A stretch of DNA of 43,029 nucleotides. Source: Hyphomicrobiales bacterium. Its GTDB lineage: Bacteria > Pseudomonadota > Alphaproteobacteria > Rhizobiales > Xanthobacteraceae. The stretch is from the NCBI GenBank assembly GCA_026400425.1, contig JAPLPC010000218.1, forward strand, positions 1 to 43,029, in the 5' to 3' direction. Shown here one piece after another: positions 18,232 to 30,881 of this stretch. The notes under the pieces are model-generated. The model made no database searches and had not been told where the DNA came from. It was given only the letters and a program-made list of their open reading frames with translations. Position 1 is the first letter of the stretch, and each line of letters starts with the position of its first letter. A program made the translations under genes and the position numbers.

Positions 18232-19173
18232 TCAGCTCGCTACAGCACTGCCCTTGGGCCCATCCGCTTCCGCAAAGACCCGACTCGCCAAAACGTCTGA
18301 CGCTTCCAAACACATGACGTCGTCTGCGGTGAGTTCCCGGTCGAGATCCGCAACCAAACGACTGGCCTGGCGCAATCGCATCCGATCCAATGCATTGCGG
18401 ATAGAGCGCGCGTTGGAAAACAGCGGTTGGGTCTTACGCAATGTGATATAGCGGATAAACGCATCCCGCGCGTCGGGACTGAATTTGTAGGCCATGTCCT
18501 GCAACATCAGCTCGGCGATTGCGAGCAGCTCATCATCTGCGTAATCGGGGAAATCGATATGGTGCGCGATGCGCGACCTGAAGCCCGGATTGCTGCCGAA
18601 GAACTTGTCCATGCGGTCGCCGTAACCCGCGAGGATGACCACGAGGTCTTCGCGTTGGGACTCCATCACCTGCAGCAGGATTTCGATGGCTTCCTGGCCG
18701 TAGTCGCGCTCGTTGTCTGGCCGATGCAGGTAATACGCCTCATCGATAAACAGCACGCCGCCCATGGCTTTCTTCAGGATCTCTTTCGTCTTAGGCGCGG
18801 TGTGGCCGATATACTGCCCGACCAGTTCGTCACGCGTGACCGAGACCACCTGCCCGCGCCGCACGAACCCTAGCCTGTGAAGAATGCTCGCGATCCGCAA
18901 CGCCACCGTCGTCTTGCCTGTGCCGGGATTGCCGGTGAAGGACATATGCAGGGTCGGCACGTCCGACGTGAGATTCATGCGCTTGCGGATGCGTTCGATC
19001 AGCAGTAGCGACGCGATCTCTCGAATCCGGGTCTTGACCGGTTTCAATCCAATCAACTCACGATCAAGCTGGTCCAGGACATCACCGATGCCAACCTGAT
19101 CGAACTCCTTGCGCAGGCCGATACGCTCTGGTCCGGCTGTATCATCACTCTCTGCCATCGCATGTGCGATCAT
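18232..19173 (-). CDS. cbbX: Red-type RuBisCO activase CbbX (AAA+)
   Basis: [47 protein letters not shown] and FSNARSIRN. Directly downstream of cbbS. Confidence 0.96.
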   Translation of the reverse strand: MIAHAMAESDDTAGPERIGLRKEFDQVGIGDVLDQLDRELIGLKPVKTRIREIASLLLIERIRKRMNLTSDVPTLHMSFTGNPGTGKTTVALRIASILHRLGFVRRGQVVSVTRDELVGQYIGHTAPKTKEILKKAMGGVLFIDEAYYLHRPDNERDYGQEAIEILLQVMESQREDLVVILAGYGDRMDKFFGSNPGFRSRIAHHIDFPDYADDELLAIAELMLQDMAYKFSPDARDAFIRYITLRKTQPLFSNARSIRNALDRMRLRQASRLVADLDRELTADDVMCLEASDVLASRVFAEADGPKGSAVAS

Positions 19174-19595
19174 GTCCCACCATAGCGTTTGCCTTCGGCA
19201 CGATCGACCGCATAGGACTTCGTCGTGTAACGAATATTGCGACCGGCACCCTCATGCCGCTCCAGACGATAGCCGGGCTCGTCCTTTGGTCTGTTGACGA
19301 TGAAGGAGAGCCGCACCGATTCCCAACCATGGCTGTTGTCGAATGCGGAGAGACGGACATAGCAATCGCCGTAGACCTTCCGACACTCGTTCAACTCCAT
19401 CAGCACACCGGCGGCATCTGGCAGGTCAAATATGGGAAGGCCCCACATCTCCCAGAAGCTGTTGCGCGGATGCGGATCATCGGTGAACTCGATGCTTACC
19501 GCCCAGCCTTTTTCGAGGCAGTACTGAACCTGCCGCGAAATCTGCTCGTCGGTGAGGTCCGGGAGAAACGAAAAACATCCTTGGGTCACGCGCAT
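19170..19595 (-). CDS. cbbS: RuBisCO small subunit (red-type)
   Basis: [33 protein letters not shown] and SFIVNRP, with the red-type C-terminal extension. RBS AAGGA before ATG 19595. Confidence 0.96.
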   Translation of the reverse strand: MRVTQGCFSFLPDLTDEQISRQVQYCLEKGWAVSIEFTDDPHPRNSFWEMWGLPIFDLPDAAGVLMELNECRKVYGDCYVRLSAFDNSHGWESVRLSFIVNRPKDEPGYRLERHEGAGRNIRYTTKSYAVDRAEGKRYGGT

Positions 19596-19606
19596 TGTTT
19601 TATCCT

Positions 19607-21124
<1,518 letters not shown>

Positions 21125-22210
21125 TCATTCGGCTGCATGAGCGAGACCGCCGATCCGTGGATCGAGGCTGCCGCTGCGATAGAGCTGCGCCATCTCGGCC
21201 ATTGTCTTGACGTTGATCTTTGATGCATGACCTGCTGTGCCGAATTGCTCGAACCGCTCCCGGCAAAGCTCGCGCATCGCATCCATCGCCGGCTTCAGGA
21301 ATTTGCGCGGATCCAACTCGCTGCGATCCGAGGTCGCGACTTTGCGGAAGGCGCCCGTCATGGCCAATCGGCAATCGGTATCGATATTGACTTTACGCAC
21401 GCCATGCTTGATGCCGCGGATGATTTCATCGACCGGCACGCCCCATGTCTGTGGCATCTCACCGCCGAACTGATTGAACATCTCCTGCAATCGTTGCGGC
21501 ACCGAAGAGGAACCATGCATGACCAGATGGGTATTCGGCAGTCGCCGATGAATTTCCTCGACCACATGCATCGCAAGGATCTCGCCGTCGGGTTGTCGTG
21601 AGAATTTATAGGCGCCGTGCGACGTGCCCATCGCGATCGCCAGCGCATCGACCTTGGTGGCGCGGACGAAATCAACCGCTTGATCCGGATCGGTCAACAA
21701 CTGGTCATGAGCGACGGTGCCCTCGACACCGTGGCCGTCCTCCTGCGCCCCGGCGCCGTGCTCCAGCGAACCGAGCACGCCCAATTCGCCCTCGACGGAT
21801 GCGCCGATCCAATGGGCCATATCGACGACGCGACGGGTAATGGCGACGTTGTAATCATAATCGGCCGCGCTCTTGCCGTCCGAACGTAGCGAGCCGTCCA
21901 TCATGACCGATGTGAACCCGTGCTGCATTGCCGTCGCACAGGTGGCCTCTTCGTTGCCATGATCCTGATGCAGGCAGAGCGGAATCTGCGGATGCATCGC
22001 TTCCAGCGCATCGATCATTTTTTCCAGCATGATGTCGTGGGCATAAGCGCGCGCGCCGCGCGATGCCTGAATGATCACCGGCGCATCGACGGCAGCCGCC
22101 GCCTCCATGATGGCGAGGCCCTGCTCCATGTTGTTGATGTTGAATGCCGGCACGCCGTAACCGTATTCGGCGGCATGATCCAGCAATTGCCGCAAGGTGA
22201 TCCGCGCCAT
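21125..22210 (-). CDS. cbbA: Class II fructose-bisphosphate aldolase, Calvin-cycle subtype
   Basis: [50 protein letters not shown] and RKVNIDTD. Confidence 0.95.
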   Translation of the reverse strand: MARITLRQLLDHAAEYGYGVPAFNINNMEQGLAIMEAAAAVDAPVIIQASRGARAYAHDIMLEKMIDALEAMHPQIPLCLHQDHGNEEATCATAMQHGFTSVMMDGSLRSDGKSAADYDYNVAITRRVVDMAHWIGASVEGELGVLGSLEHGAGAQEDGHGVEGTVAHDQLLTDPDQAVDFVRATKVDALAIAMGTSHGAYKFSRQPDGEILAMHVVEEIHRRLPNTHLVMHGSSSVPQRLQEMFNQFGGEMPQTWGVPVDEIIRGIKHGVRKVNIDTDCRLAMTGAFRKVATSDRSELDPRKFLKPAMDAMRELCRERFEQFGTAGHASKINVKTMAEMAQLYRSGSLDPRIGGLAHAAE

Positions 22211-22244
22211 TTCTAATCCCCGTTCTTGTTTGTTGAAGACGCGC

Positions 22245-23120
22245 TCATACGGTGCGCCGCTTCCGCTCCATGAGTTGCAAGATCAATGGTGTCAAAATCA
22301 GTTGCATCGCGAGATCGAGGCGCGATCCGTGGATGACGATCGAGTTCGCGCGGGACATGAAGCTGTTCTGGATCATCGACAGGAGATAAGGAAAATCGAT
22401 GCCGCGCGGATTCTTGAGGCGGATCACCACCATCGATTCATCGGCGGTCGGTATCCATCGTGAGACGAACGGGTTCGAGGTATCGACCGTTGGCACGCGC
22501 TGGAAGTTGATGTCGGTTTCGGAAAACTGCGGGCAGATGTAGTTGACGTAATCCGGCATTCTTCGCAGGATTGTGTCCGTGACGGCCTCTGCCGTGTAGC
22601 CGCGATCGGTACGATCCCGATGCAGCTTCTGGATCCATTCGAGATTGATCACCGGGACGACGCCGATCTTAAGGTCAGCATGCTGCGCGATGTTGACGTC
22701 CTCCGTCACCACGGCGCCATGCAGCCCCTCGTAAAACAGCAGATCCGACCCTTCCGGAAACGGCCCCCATTCGGTGAACGTACCGGGCTTCGCCCCGTAC
22801 AAATTGGCTTCAGCGTCGTCATGCACATAATGGCGTGTGGTGCCGGTCCCGGACTCGCCGTAATCGCGGAACGCCCGCTCCAGCTCCTCGAAAAGATTCG
22901 TTTCCGGACTGAAATGGCTGAAATGCTTGTTGCCGCGCGCGCCCTCTTCGGCCATCCGCGCGCGCATCTCCGCACGGTTGTAGCGATGAAACGCATCGCC
23001 TTCGATATAGGCTGCCGTCACGCCCTCGCGTCGAAAGATGTTCTCGAATGTTTTCTTGACCGAGGTCGTGCCGGCTCCGGATGAACCGGTGATCGAGATG
23101 ATGGGATGACTGCGCGACAT
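22245..23120 (-). CDS. cbbP: Phosphoribulokinase (proteobacterial type)
   Basis: [39 protein letters not shown] and [16 protein letters not shown]. Confidence 0.97.
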   Translation of the reverse strand: MSRSHPIISITGSSGAGTTSVKKTFENIFRREGVTAAYIEGDAFHRYNRAEMRARMAEEGARGNKHFSHFSPETNLFEELERAFRDYGESGTGTTRHYVHDDAEANLYGAKPGTFTEWGPFPEGSDLLFYEGLHGAVVTEDVNIAQHADLKIGVVPVINLEWIQKLHRDRTDRGYTAEAVTDTILRRMPDYVNYICPQFSETDINFQRVPTVDTSNPFVSRWIPTADESMVVIRLKNPRGIDFPYLLSMIQNSFMSRANSIVIHGSRLDLAMQLILTPLILQLMERKRRTV

Positions 23121-23132
23121 GCCACCACTCCC

Positions 23133-24170
23133 TCAACGGAACAAGCCGCGCCGCGCGAACAGGGGCGCATCGCTGTTGTCGTAGATCGGCTCGATGGTCT
23201 CGTGCACCGCAACGATGTCGCGCACGCCGCGCACGGACCCCATGATGAGCGGCACACGCTGATAGGGCGATCTGGCGGAGAGTTCGAGGATCCGCCGCCG
23301 GCCGGTCGAAGCACTCCCGCCCGCCCACTCCATGATCAGCGCCATCGGATGGGCTTCGTATAACAGACGCAACCGGCCTTCGTGATAGCCCGGACGCAGA
23401 TCCGCCGGGTACAGGAAGACACCGCCGCGCACCAGTATCCGCAATGACTCGGCGACCAGGGAACCGATCCAGCGCATGTTAAAATCCATCGTGCCGCCGC
23501 CCTTCGTCCCCTCAAGACATTCGTCGATGTAACTGCGCACAGGGCCGTGCCAGTGCCGGCGATTGGATGCATTGATGGCGAATTCCGGCGTGTCCCGTGC
23601 GACGCGGACGCCGCTCGCCATCAGCACGAATTCGCTGGCGCCACGGTCAAGGATGAAAATATCGACACCGCCGCTGAGTGCCAACACCAGCGTGGTTTGC
23701 GGACCATAGACGACAAAGCCAGCCGAGCATTGCGCTGTGCCCGGCTCGAAGAAAGTCGCGACGGGATCGTTGACGCGCGGCCGGATCGAAAAGATCGTGC
23801 CGACCGAGATATTGTTCTGCAGATTGGCCGACCCATCCAGCGGGTCGATCGCCACGCACAGTGGCGCGTCCGCGTTCAGCACCTCAGGCAGCGCCTGTTC
23901 TTCGGACAGGATCGCGGCGACCGGCGCGCTGCGCAGCGCCCGCCGCATGATGTTATCCGCTGCGACGTCGATATCCTTCTGAATGTCGCCATCGCTATTG
24001 GCTGAACCATCACGGCCGGTGATGCCCCGCAGCGGACCATCCGCAATCAGTGCTGCCAGCTCTACCGAGGCCGCAGCCAGGGCGGCGACGACATCCGCGA
24101 CCGCAGCGCCCAGCGGATCCTGCGACGCCGCGCAGTCGAGGTAGGCACGGAGCGTGAACCGCTCGTCCAT
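23133..24170 (-). CDS. cbbF: Class 1 fructose-1,6-/sedoheptulose-1,7-bisphosphatase
   Basis: ILSEE, AIDPLDGS, YGPQT, FAINASN, NMRWIGSLVA and GRLRLLYEA. RBS GGGAGG before ATG 24170. Confidence 0.95.
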   Translation of the reverse strand: MDERFTLRAYLDCAASQDPLGAAVADVVAALAAASVELAALIADGPLRGITGRDGSANSDGDIQKDIDVAADNIMRRALRSAPVAAILSEEQALPEVLNADAPLCVAIDPLDGSANLQNNISVGTIFSIRPRVNDPVATFFEPGTAQCSAGFVVYGPQTTLVLALSGGVDIFILDRGASEFVLMASGVRVARDTPEFAINASNRRHWHGPVRSYIDECLEGTKGGGTMDFNMRWIGSLVAESLRILVRGGVFLYPADLRPGYHEGRLRLLYEAHPMALIMEWAGGSASTGRRRILELSARSPYQRVPLIMGSVRGVRDIVAVHETIEPIYDNSDAPLFARRGLFR

Positions 24171-24249
24171 AGTCGCCTCCCTTGGGCCCTCTTGCGGGGC
24201 AGATGCGGCACGGTCACCGACCGGCAGTGCGTTGCCCAACGAAGCGCAG

Positions 24250-24305
24250 TTTGTCAGATTAGGGAAATTTCGTTATCTTACGGCGGAGCAAAGTTTTATT
24301 TATGG
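24250..24305. promoter_or_regulatory. AT-rich divergent cbbF/cbbR promoter region, probable CbbR binding sites
   Basis: AT-rich tract (TTAGGGAAATTTCGTTATCTTA...CAAAGTTTTATTTAT) between the divergent cbbF and cbbR. Only imperfect LysR-type dyads are visible, so exact boxes are not assigned. Confidence 0.5.
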
Positions 24306-24315
24306 GGCTGGCGCC

Positions 24316-25284
24316 ATGGCCGACCGATTTTTTCGAGAGCTGACGCTTCGCCAGTTGCGTGCGCTTGCGGCTGTCCAGAAGTATAAATCGGTCACCACCG
24401 CCGCCAGGCATTTGCATCTGACACAGCCCGCGGTGACGCTTCAGATACGAAACCTGCAGGCGCTCAGCGGCCTGCCGCTGATCCAGCGCACCGGCGATGG
24501 CATGCTACTGACCGAAGCCGGGCGCGAGGTGCTGGCACTCTCGCAACGTATCGAGGCAGCCATTGCCTCCTGTGAAACGTCCCTCGATATGATCGCAGGG
24601 CGTACGGCAGGTAGCGTGTCGATCGGCGCAGTCAGTACTGCAAAGTACTTTGTGCCCTTTGTCATCTCGGGATTTCAACAGGCGCATCCGAACATCGAGA
24701 TCAAACTCTCCGTCGGAAACCGGCAAGACATCAGCAAGGCGCTGCGCGGCTATGATCTCGACATCGCCATCATGGGCCGGCCTCCGCTGGATACCCCCAT
24801 GAATGTCAGCCTGATCGGCAATCACCCGCATGTCATCATCGCGCCGACGGATCATCCGCTGGCCAAGAAAAAACGGATGACACTGATGGATCTTGCAAAC
24901 GAGACGTTCCTGATGCGCGAGCCCGGTTCGGGCACCCGGGGGCTGACCGAGCAATTGTTCGAGACCGGCCGCATCCGTCCGCCCATCGGGATGGAGATGA
25001 GCAGCAACGAAACCATCAAACAGGCCGTCATCGCCGGGCTCGGCATCGCCTTCATCTCGGCCCACACGGTCGCCACCGAGCTCGACGAAAGGCGCCTCGT
25101 CACGCTCAATGTCGACGGCCTGCCGGTCATCCGGCAGTGGTTCGTGCTGTCGCGCAAGGACAAAGTTCTGCTGCCGCCGGCGCAGGCCATGCTCGACTTC
25201 GTCAGTTCCAAGGGCGCGACATTTCTGCCGCGCACCCACCGCCGGCTTCGTCTCACCCGGACATCGAAGCGTGAAGAAAACTGA
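24316..25284 (+). CDS. cbbR: LysR-family Calvin-cycle regulator CbbR
   Basis: LTLRQLR...SVTTAARHLHLTQPAVTLQIRNL HTH, VSTAKYFVP, DIAIMGRPP, REPGSGTR and SSNETIKQAVIAGLGIAFIS. Divergent from cbbF. Confidence 0.95.
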   Translation: MADRFFRELTLRQLRALAAVQKYKSVTTAARHLHLTQPAVTLQIRNLQALSGLPLIQRTGDGMLLTEAGREVLALSQRIEAAIASCETSLDMIAGRTAGSVSIGAVSTAKYFVPFVISGFQQAHPNIEIKLSVGNRQDISKALRGYDLDIAIMGRPPLDTPMNVSLIGNHPHVIIAPTDHPLAKKKRMTLMDLANETFLMREPGSGTRGLTEQLFETGRIRPPIGMEMSSNETIKQAVIAGLGIAFISAHTVATELDERRLVTLNVDGLPVIRQWFVLSRKDKVLLPPAQAMLDFVSSKGATFLPRTHRRLRLTRTSKREEN

Positions 25285-26496
25285 TCAGGCTGCTTTCGCC
25301 AGACCTAGCTCGGCCCAGATCTCCGCCAGCGCCTGCACCAGTTCATCGATATCAGCATCGGTGTGATGCGGTGACGGTGTGATACGCAATCGCTCGGTGC
25401 CACGCGGCACGGTTGGATAGTTGATCGGCTGCACATAAATGCCATAGCGATCGATCAGGACGTCGCTGATCTGCTTGCACAGCACGGGATCGCAGACCAT
25501 CACCGGCACGATGTGGCTGGGATTATCGAGGTGAGCGACGCCCGCCTGGTCCAGCCGTGCACGCAGCTGCGCCACACGGTCCTGATGACGGGCACGCTCT
25601 TCGGCGCTCCCCTTTAGGTGTCGGATGCTTGTCAGCGCCCCGGCCGCCACGGCAGGCGGCAAGGATGTTGTGAAAATGAAGGCTGACGCATAGCTGCGAA
25701 TGAAATCGCAGATCGTCGATGAGGCCGCCACATATCCGCCGATGACGCCGAACGCCTTGGCGAGCGTGCCTTCGATCACCGTCAAGCGATGGCTGAGACC
25801 CTCACGATCGGCAATTCCGCCGCCTTTCGGCCCATAAAGCCCGACAGCATGCACTTCGTCGAGATAGGTCATGGCGTTGTGTGCGTCCGCAACGTCGCAG
25901 AGTTCCGCGATCGGCGCGATATCCCCGTCCATGGAGTAGACGGACTCGAACGCGACCAGCTTTGGCGCATGCGGATCGAGATCGGACAATTTGCGCTCGA
26001 GATCGCGCGGATCGTTGTGTGCGAACACCCGCGTCTCGGCCCGCGAATGCCGGATGCCCTCGATCATCGATGCGTGGTTGAGTTCGTCGGACAGGATCGT
26101 GCAGCCGGGCATGCGCGACGCCAGTGTACTGAGCGACGCCATATTTGAAACATAGCCCGAGGTGAATAGCAGCGCTGCCTCCTTGCCATGCAGATCGGCG
26201 AGCTCCTGCTCCAGCAGCACGTGGTAATGGTTGGTTCCGGCGATATTGCGTGTTCCGCCGGCCCCTGCTCCGCAATCATCCAACGCCTGATGCATCGCCG
26301 CGAGCACCGCCGGATGCTGGCCCATGCCGAGATAATCGTTCGAGCACCAGACGGTCACCTCACCTTTCCCGGTGCCAGTATGATGCCTCGCACGGGGGAA
26401 ACTGCCCCGCTTGCGTTCCAGATCAGCGAATACGCGATAACGTCCTTCGCGATGCAGGCTATCGAGCTGGCGGCGAAAATAGGCTTCGTAATTCAT
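25285..26496 (-). CDS. hemA: 5-aminolevulinate synthase
   Basis: [58 protein letters not shown] (PLP Lys) and [19 protein letters not shown] 26496 overlaps the puhE stop. Confidence 0.97.
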   Translation of the reverse strand: MNYEAYFRRQLDSLHREGRYRVFADLERKRGSFPRARHHTGTGKGEVTVWCSNDYLGMGQHPAVLAAMHQALDDCGAGAGGTRNIAGTNHYHVLLEQELADLHGKEAALLFTSGYVSNMASLSTLASRMPGCTILSDELNHASMIEGIRHSRAETRVFAHNDPRDLERKLSDLDPHAPKLVAFESVYSMDGDIAPIAELCDVADAHNAMTYLDEVHAVGLYGPKGGGIADREGLSHRLTVIEGTLAKAFGVIGGYVAASSTICDFIRSYASAFIFTTSLPPAVAAGALTSIRHLKGSAEERARHQDRVAQLRARLDQAGVAHLDNPSHIVPVMVCDPVLCKQISDVLIDRYGIYVQPINYPTVPRGTERLRITPSPHHTDADIDELVQALAEIWAELGLAKAA

Positions 26497-27491
26497 GACG
26501 TCCTCCCGTTGATCGTTACAGCCGTATCGGCGCCGAGGCCGACAGCCGTTGCCAGTCCGCTTGCTGGATGCTGTTCGAGAAAGCGCTGACGAAATTTGTC
26601 TTCCAGACGTTGCCGGGCGTTGCTGTCGCGGCACTTTGTCGGCGCGGTGATCGGCGACGTTAGAGGCGTCACTGCGACCGCTGGGCTGTCGGCCGAGTCT
26701 GGGCTCTGGTCCATCTTCATCTCCTCCGGAGGACTTTGCGGGCGCATGCCCCAGCTCCACAGCGTCACCGCGGGCATCGGCAACAGCATGAACCAATGTT
26801 CGAGGACGCCGAGCGCGAACAACGTCGACACCAGTGTCAGGCTGACGATCTCGAACGGCGTCGCGGCAACCTCGACGATGCGTTGAATCATGATCACGAG
26901 CGCCGCGCAGGCCAATGACACGGAAATCGGAAAGAACGCGCTGACCGACTTCCGCGCGAAGTAGGTCTTGAGAAACTGCACCGGTATTGGCATCAATTGA
27001 TCATTGGTTACGGGAACGCCGAGAAACAGATTGATTTTTGCGCTTTGACGTAAAGTCCACAAGGCAGCAAACGTCCAAGCCGCGACCGGATTGCTCCCCC
27101 CCCAGGTCAGCGCAACGATGGCAGCACCGCAGATCAACAGAGCCACTTCGTGGTAGAGGATCGCCCGCAGAGCAAAGCCGAGACGCCGGGCTCCCTTGGC
27201 GTTCGCAGGACATGGCTCTGCTCGCGGGCCAGTCAGCCAGCCGGCGAGAAACGCAATCTCCTGCGCGCCCCATAGCAGGATCGTGCAGGTGAAGGAGACA
27301 TAGGCTGCGCTCGCGCTGACGTCATCGGCCGAAGCAGCAAGGCCGATCAGCGAACCGACCACCAAACCGATCGCGATGACCGCACGCAGCCATCCGAAAC
27401 GCCCGCTCATGCCGACCAGCAACAGCACGGCCCCGGTGCTGAACCACCACAGGAATGCGGCAAAGACGGGCGGTACGAAATAGGAGGCCAT
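26493..27491 (-). CDS. puhE: Photosynthetic complex assembly protein PuhE (DUF3623)
   Basis: WWFSTG, GWLTGPR...[16 protein letters not shown] and LEHWFMLLP. Located between acsF and hemA. Confidence 0.9.
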   Translation of the reverse strand: MASYFVPPVFAAFLWWFSTGAVLLLVGMSGRFGWLRAVIAIGLVVGSLIGLAASADDVSASAAYVSFTCTILLWGAQEIAFLAGWLTGPRAEPCPANAKGARRLGFALRAILYHEVALLICGAAIVALTWGGSNPVAAWTFAALWTLRQSAKINLFLGVPVTNDQLMPIPVQFLKTYFARKSVSAFFPISVSLACAALVIMIQRIVEVAATPFEIVSLTLVSTLFALGVLEHWFMLLPMPAVTLWSWGMRPQSPPEEMKMDQSPDSADSPAVAVTPLTSPITAPTKCRDSNARQRLEDKFRQRFLEQHPASGLATAVGLGADTAVTINGRTS

Positions 27492-27503
27492 TCCGGTGTT
27501 TCC

Positions 27504-28607
27504 TCACCACGCGGGCTGCAGACAGATGTCCTTCGGCAGCACATTGGACTTGGCGGGAATTAGATAGAGCCGCCCGAAAGCCAAGGCCGCCTGCGCGGCG
27601 AGCAACCCCCGTTTGACACCCTTCAATGCGCCCCCCGTCGCACGGACATCGGCCATCTTCTCCGAGATCGACCTCAGACGCTCCATTCCTGCGAGAAAGC
27701 GCGGATTGTCCAGGTCGATCGTGACCGGAAATACTTGTTTGGAGATTTCCGTCGTGATGCGAAAGACCTGCATATCGTAGTCGGTCGGGTGCATCCCCAA
27801 CGCATCGTGAAATGCCGGTCGCATGTGATCGCGGACATACATGGTTGCGAACACTGCGAGCAGAAAAAACTTGATCCAGAGCTTGTTAAAACCGCGCAGC
27901 AGCTTCGGATCGGCGCGCATCAGGAGGGCAAAGGCCTCGCCGTGGCGAAACTCGTCATTGCACCACAATTCGAACCACTGGAAGATGGGGTGAAATTGGC
28001 GCTCGGGAAGACGCTCCATCTGGCGAAAGATCGTGATGTAGCGTGCATAGCCGATTTTCTCGGACAGATATGTCGCGTAGAAAATGAACTTAGGCTTGAA
28101 ATACGTGTACTTCTTAACCTTGGTCAGGAAGCTGAGATCGACACCGATGCCGTGATCTTTCAGGATTTCGTTGATGAAGCCTGCGTGACGCGCCTCGTCT
28201 CGGCTCATGAAGCTGAACAGCTCCTGGATATCCTTGTTCTTGATCCGCTTCTTGATTTCCGCATAGAGCACGCAGCCGGAGAACTCCGCCGTGAGCGAGC
28301 TGACCAGGAAGTCCTTGAACTCCTTGCGAAGGTCAGGCGGCAACCTGTCGAGATCGTTCTTGAACTCATCGGTCTTGACGAAATGCGCCTTGTTGTGATC
28401 GGCGCGCAGTTCCTTGATCACCGCGTTCCATTCGGAGCGCACCAGTTCGACATCGAGCCGGTCCATCGCGTCGAAATCGGTGGTATAGAAGCGCGGGCTG
28501 AGGATGGTGTCCTCGCGCGCCAGCTCCGTGCTGTCGGTATTGCCTTTGATCGCAACCGGTGTCCGGGTTTGCAAGCTACCTTGCGCGCCACCTTCTATGG
28601 AGATCAT
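27504..28607 (-). CDS. acsF: Aerobic Mg-protoporphyrin IX monomethyl ester oxidative cyclase
   Basis: [16 protein letters not shown], di-iron motifs RDEARHAGF and NDEFRHG, and [14 protein letters not shown]. Confidence 0.97.
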   Translation of the reverse strand: MISIEGGAQGSLQTRTPVAIKGNTDSTELAREDTILSPRFYTTDFDAMDRLDVELVRSEWNAVIKELRADHNKAHFVKTDEFKNDLDRLPPDLRKEFKDFLVSSLTAEFSGCVLYAEIKKRIKNKDIQELFSFMSRDEARHAGFINEILKDHGIGVDLSFLTKVKKYTYFKPKFIFYATYLSEKIGYARYITIFRQMERLPERQFHPIFQWFELWCNDEFRHGEAFALLMRADPKLLRGFNKLWIKFFLLAVFATMYVRDHMRPAFHDALGMHPTDYDMQVFRITTEISKQVFPVTIDLDNPRFLAGMERLRSISEKMADVRATGGALKGVKRGLLAAQAALAFGRLYLIPAKSNVLPKDICLQPAW

Positions 28608-28906
28608 GCTGCCCTCCCATCCGAGAAACTGACTTCGTACAACTCGGTCAACTCAAGATATCCTTCGAGCTTCGCGCGCAGACGATCCAGCGCGCTACCC
28701 CGTACGACGGTCGCCATGCGCCGCACCACCAGACGCTCGCCGAAAGCGACGTGGGTGGGCGCGTTTTGCACGGTGACCTCGTCGCCCGGTTGAATCTGAA
28801 TATCGCCATCGAGCACCACATGCGCATGTAGCGTCTCCGAGCTCTGCTCGATCTCCACCGTGCACGGGACCTCGAAAGATCGACGCGTGCTCCAAGCCAG
28901 GGTCAT
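28604..28906 (-). CDS. Conserved ~100-aa photosynthesis-cluster hypothetical protein between puhC and acsF
   Basis: [21 protein letters not shown]...PGDEV...[15 protein letters not shown]-coupled to both neighbours, in the usual syntenic position. Confidence 0.85.
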   Translation of the reverse strand: MTLAWSTRRSFEVPCTVEIEQSSETLHAHVVLDGDIQIQPGDEVTVQNAPTHVAFGERLVVRRMATVVRGSALDRLRAKLEGYLELTELYEVSFSDGRAA

Positions 28907-29364
28907 TGTCCGCCTCCCACCGTCATCAAGCGTGCGAAGGCCTGCCGGTTGGCCGAACCGAACGCATCGAGATCGATCGCCTTGCCGCTCGACGTATCCG
29001 TCAATGTGATCTGGCCATTGACATAGCGCGTCAGGCGAAATGGCGGCTCGGCGCCGACGTCACCGAGCTTTCGCTCGCGCGCAAGGCCACGCAACACGAC
29101 CCGGATGAAACCATTGCTCCCCGGAGGCAACGTATCGATCAACTGTTTCGTGCTGGAATCATAAACGAGAACTGTGCCACCGTGACCGTCTGCGAAATTG
29201 AGCTCACGGCTCTCTACGGCTGCCGGCAGCGTCATGCGGGTCGCCCCCGTGCCCGTCAACCGTGCGGTCGTCACGGCCGCAAGCGCGAACAGCACCAATG
29301 CTGCCGCCGCAAACAGGCCACCTTTCGGGATCAGCGATTGATTGATCGATGCAGCCATGAGCAA
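28903..29364 (-). CDS. puhC: Photosynthetic complex assembly protein PuhC
   Basis: N-terminal TM helix, then LNFAD, GFIRVVLRGLARER, PFRL and IDLDAFGSAN. Start is TTG 29364 or ATG 29358. Confidence 0.9.
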   Translation of the reverse strand: MLMAASINQSLIPKGGLFAAAALVLFALAAVTTARLTGTGATRMTLPAAVESRELNFADGHGGTVLVYDSSTKQLIDTLPPGSNGFIRVVLRGLARERKLGDVGAEPPFRLTRYVNGQITLTDTSSGKAIDLDAFGSANRQAFARLMTVGGGQ

Positions 29365-29373
29365 ATCGTCCTG

Positions 29374-30051
29374 TTATGCGGCAACGCTGGTTGGATCGCG
29401 GGAGATATAGTCCGACGCAGTCTCCTGGGCGGCGGGCGAGGCCGTCGCCGTGGCCAGCGATCTCGGCGAGCCGGTGAGCGCCTCCTGCATTTTCGCGGCT
29501 ACGGCTGCGGCATCGGGAACCGAGCGCAGCATGGGTTGCGAGACGACCAGCTTCCACGGACGCACATGCGGCCACAGCAGCAGATGCGACACGCGTTCCT
29601 TGTCGGCGAGCGCCAAAGGAATATCGCCGGAGCCATCGTGATAGATCTTCACGGCAGCGCCCGCGATCTTGCTCAGCGGGATGTTCATGGTCATCGGCAG
29701 CGCGACACCGAACTGCAGCAACACGCGCTTGCTGGTGATCGTGTAACAGCAGGCGCGGGCGAACAACCATGCGAGCCCCATCAGCACCGCGACGCTGATC
29801 AAGGCCGGAACGACCGTCGCGGCGATCGTCCAACCGATATCCGCGGCCGGCGCGCCCACACTCCAGTTCGACCACAGGCGCCAGGCCAGGAATGCTCCGA
29901 AATAGAGCGGCACCTCACGAACGTGAAACGCGCGCAGTGCGAGGCCTTTCACTGTCGGCCTGCCCTGCCAGATCACGCGTTCGCCGTCCGGCAGAGGCGC
30001 GGTAAGTTCCTTTAACTGCGACGCCTCAAACTGTTTGATGTCGTGTTTCAC
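29374..30051 (-). CDS. puhB: Photosynthetic complex assembly protein PuhB
   Basis: LPDGERVIWQGRP, YTITSKRV..QFGVALP and LWPHVRPW. Directly downstream of puhA. Confidence 0.9.
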   Translation of the reverse strand: MKHDIKQFEASQLKELTAPLPDGERVIWQGRPTVKGLALRAFHVREVPLYFGAFLAWRLWSNWSVGAPAADIGWTIAATVVPALISVAVLMGLAWLFARACCYTITSKRVLLQFGVALPMTMNIPLSKIAGAAVKIYHDGSGDIPLALADKERVSHLLLWPHVRPWKLVVSQPMLRSVPDAAAVAAKMQEALTGSPRSLATATASPAAQETASDYISRDPTSVAA

Positions 30052-30860
30052 AGCAATGGCTCCTGTCGTGCCGGCGTCGCGTAGAGCATGCCGCCACCAT
30101 AATATCCGACGATGCGATCCTCCTCGCGCTTGGTGACCTGATCCGGATTGGCCAGCGCGGGAACATCGGCAAACTGGCGGCCGAGAATGGCGTGCACGCT
30201 GACGCGACCGCGGGGCTTGTCGATCAGAGCGAATGGCAACGGCAGCAAAACTCTTTTGGTGGCGATCGGCACTTGCGACTCCGATCCGACCGCAACCGGG
30301 CCTTTTGATGCTGCCGCGGCGACTTCGACTTCGAGGTAACGAGCGATGGCCTCAGCGCGATCGACCCAGACATCGACGACCACGCCGCCGATTTCCCGAT
30401 CGCAACCGATCACGTTCATGCCACGCGGATCCGGGTCTTCTGCTGCAAGCGTCGTGGCCGGTGTCATGCGCAATGGCACGATGCAGGGGATATCTTCCAT
30501 GGTGAGTTCAGGCACGTCTTCGCGGTCGGCCCATGAGCCCGGCCCGACGCCATCGCGCATCGGATCGCCAGTTGGCGCATAAGGGGCGCCTGGCCAGCGA
30601 GCGATGGGGGCCACCGCGACATCGCGGCGATCATTGCCGTGATTGGGCAATGTCGCGACGTGCCCTGTGCGAAGGCGATACGACTTGGCCTCCGGCATAC
30701 GCGGGAAACCATGGGCGACGCCGCCGCCGCCGGTATTGGATTCGAGCGGATAGCCTTCACGCTTGTCTTCGCGTCGAAGATAGAAGATCAGACACGCAAA
30801 GAAGATCCAGAAAACGTAAAGCGTGACTTGTGCTACGTCCAGATAAGCATCGCCTTGCAT
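30048..30860 (-). CDS. puhA: Photosynthetic reaction centre H subunit
   Basis: LDVAQVTLYVFWIFF..LIFYLRREDKREGYPL, PTGDPMRDGVGP, DPDPRG, DVWVDR and VTKREEDRI..YYGGG.LYA. Confidence 0.97.
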   Translation of the reverse strand: MQGDAYLDVAQVTLYVFWIFFACLIFYLRREDKREGYPLESNTGGGGVAHGFPRMPEAKSYRLRTGHVATLPNHGNDRRDVAVAPIARWPGAPYAPTGDPMRDGVGPGSWADREDVPELTMEDIPCIVPLRMTPATTLAAEDPDPRGMNVIGCDREIGGVVVDVWVDRAEAIARYLEVEVAAAASKGPVAVGSESQVPIATKRVLLPLPFALIDKPRGRVSVHAILGRQFADVPALANPDQVTKREEDRIVGYYGGGMLYATPARQEPLL

Positions 30861-30881
30861 GGGACGGCTCCTTGTTGCCGG

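Noticed and set aside
26493-26750. Hydrophilic C-terminal tail of PuhE and the 100-aa upstream extension of the hemA ORF
   Set aside because: The hemA extension is just an open frame over puhE (the true start is ATGA-coupled at 26496). The PuhE tail ends exactly at that coupling, so it is not a frameshift product.
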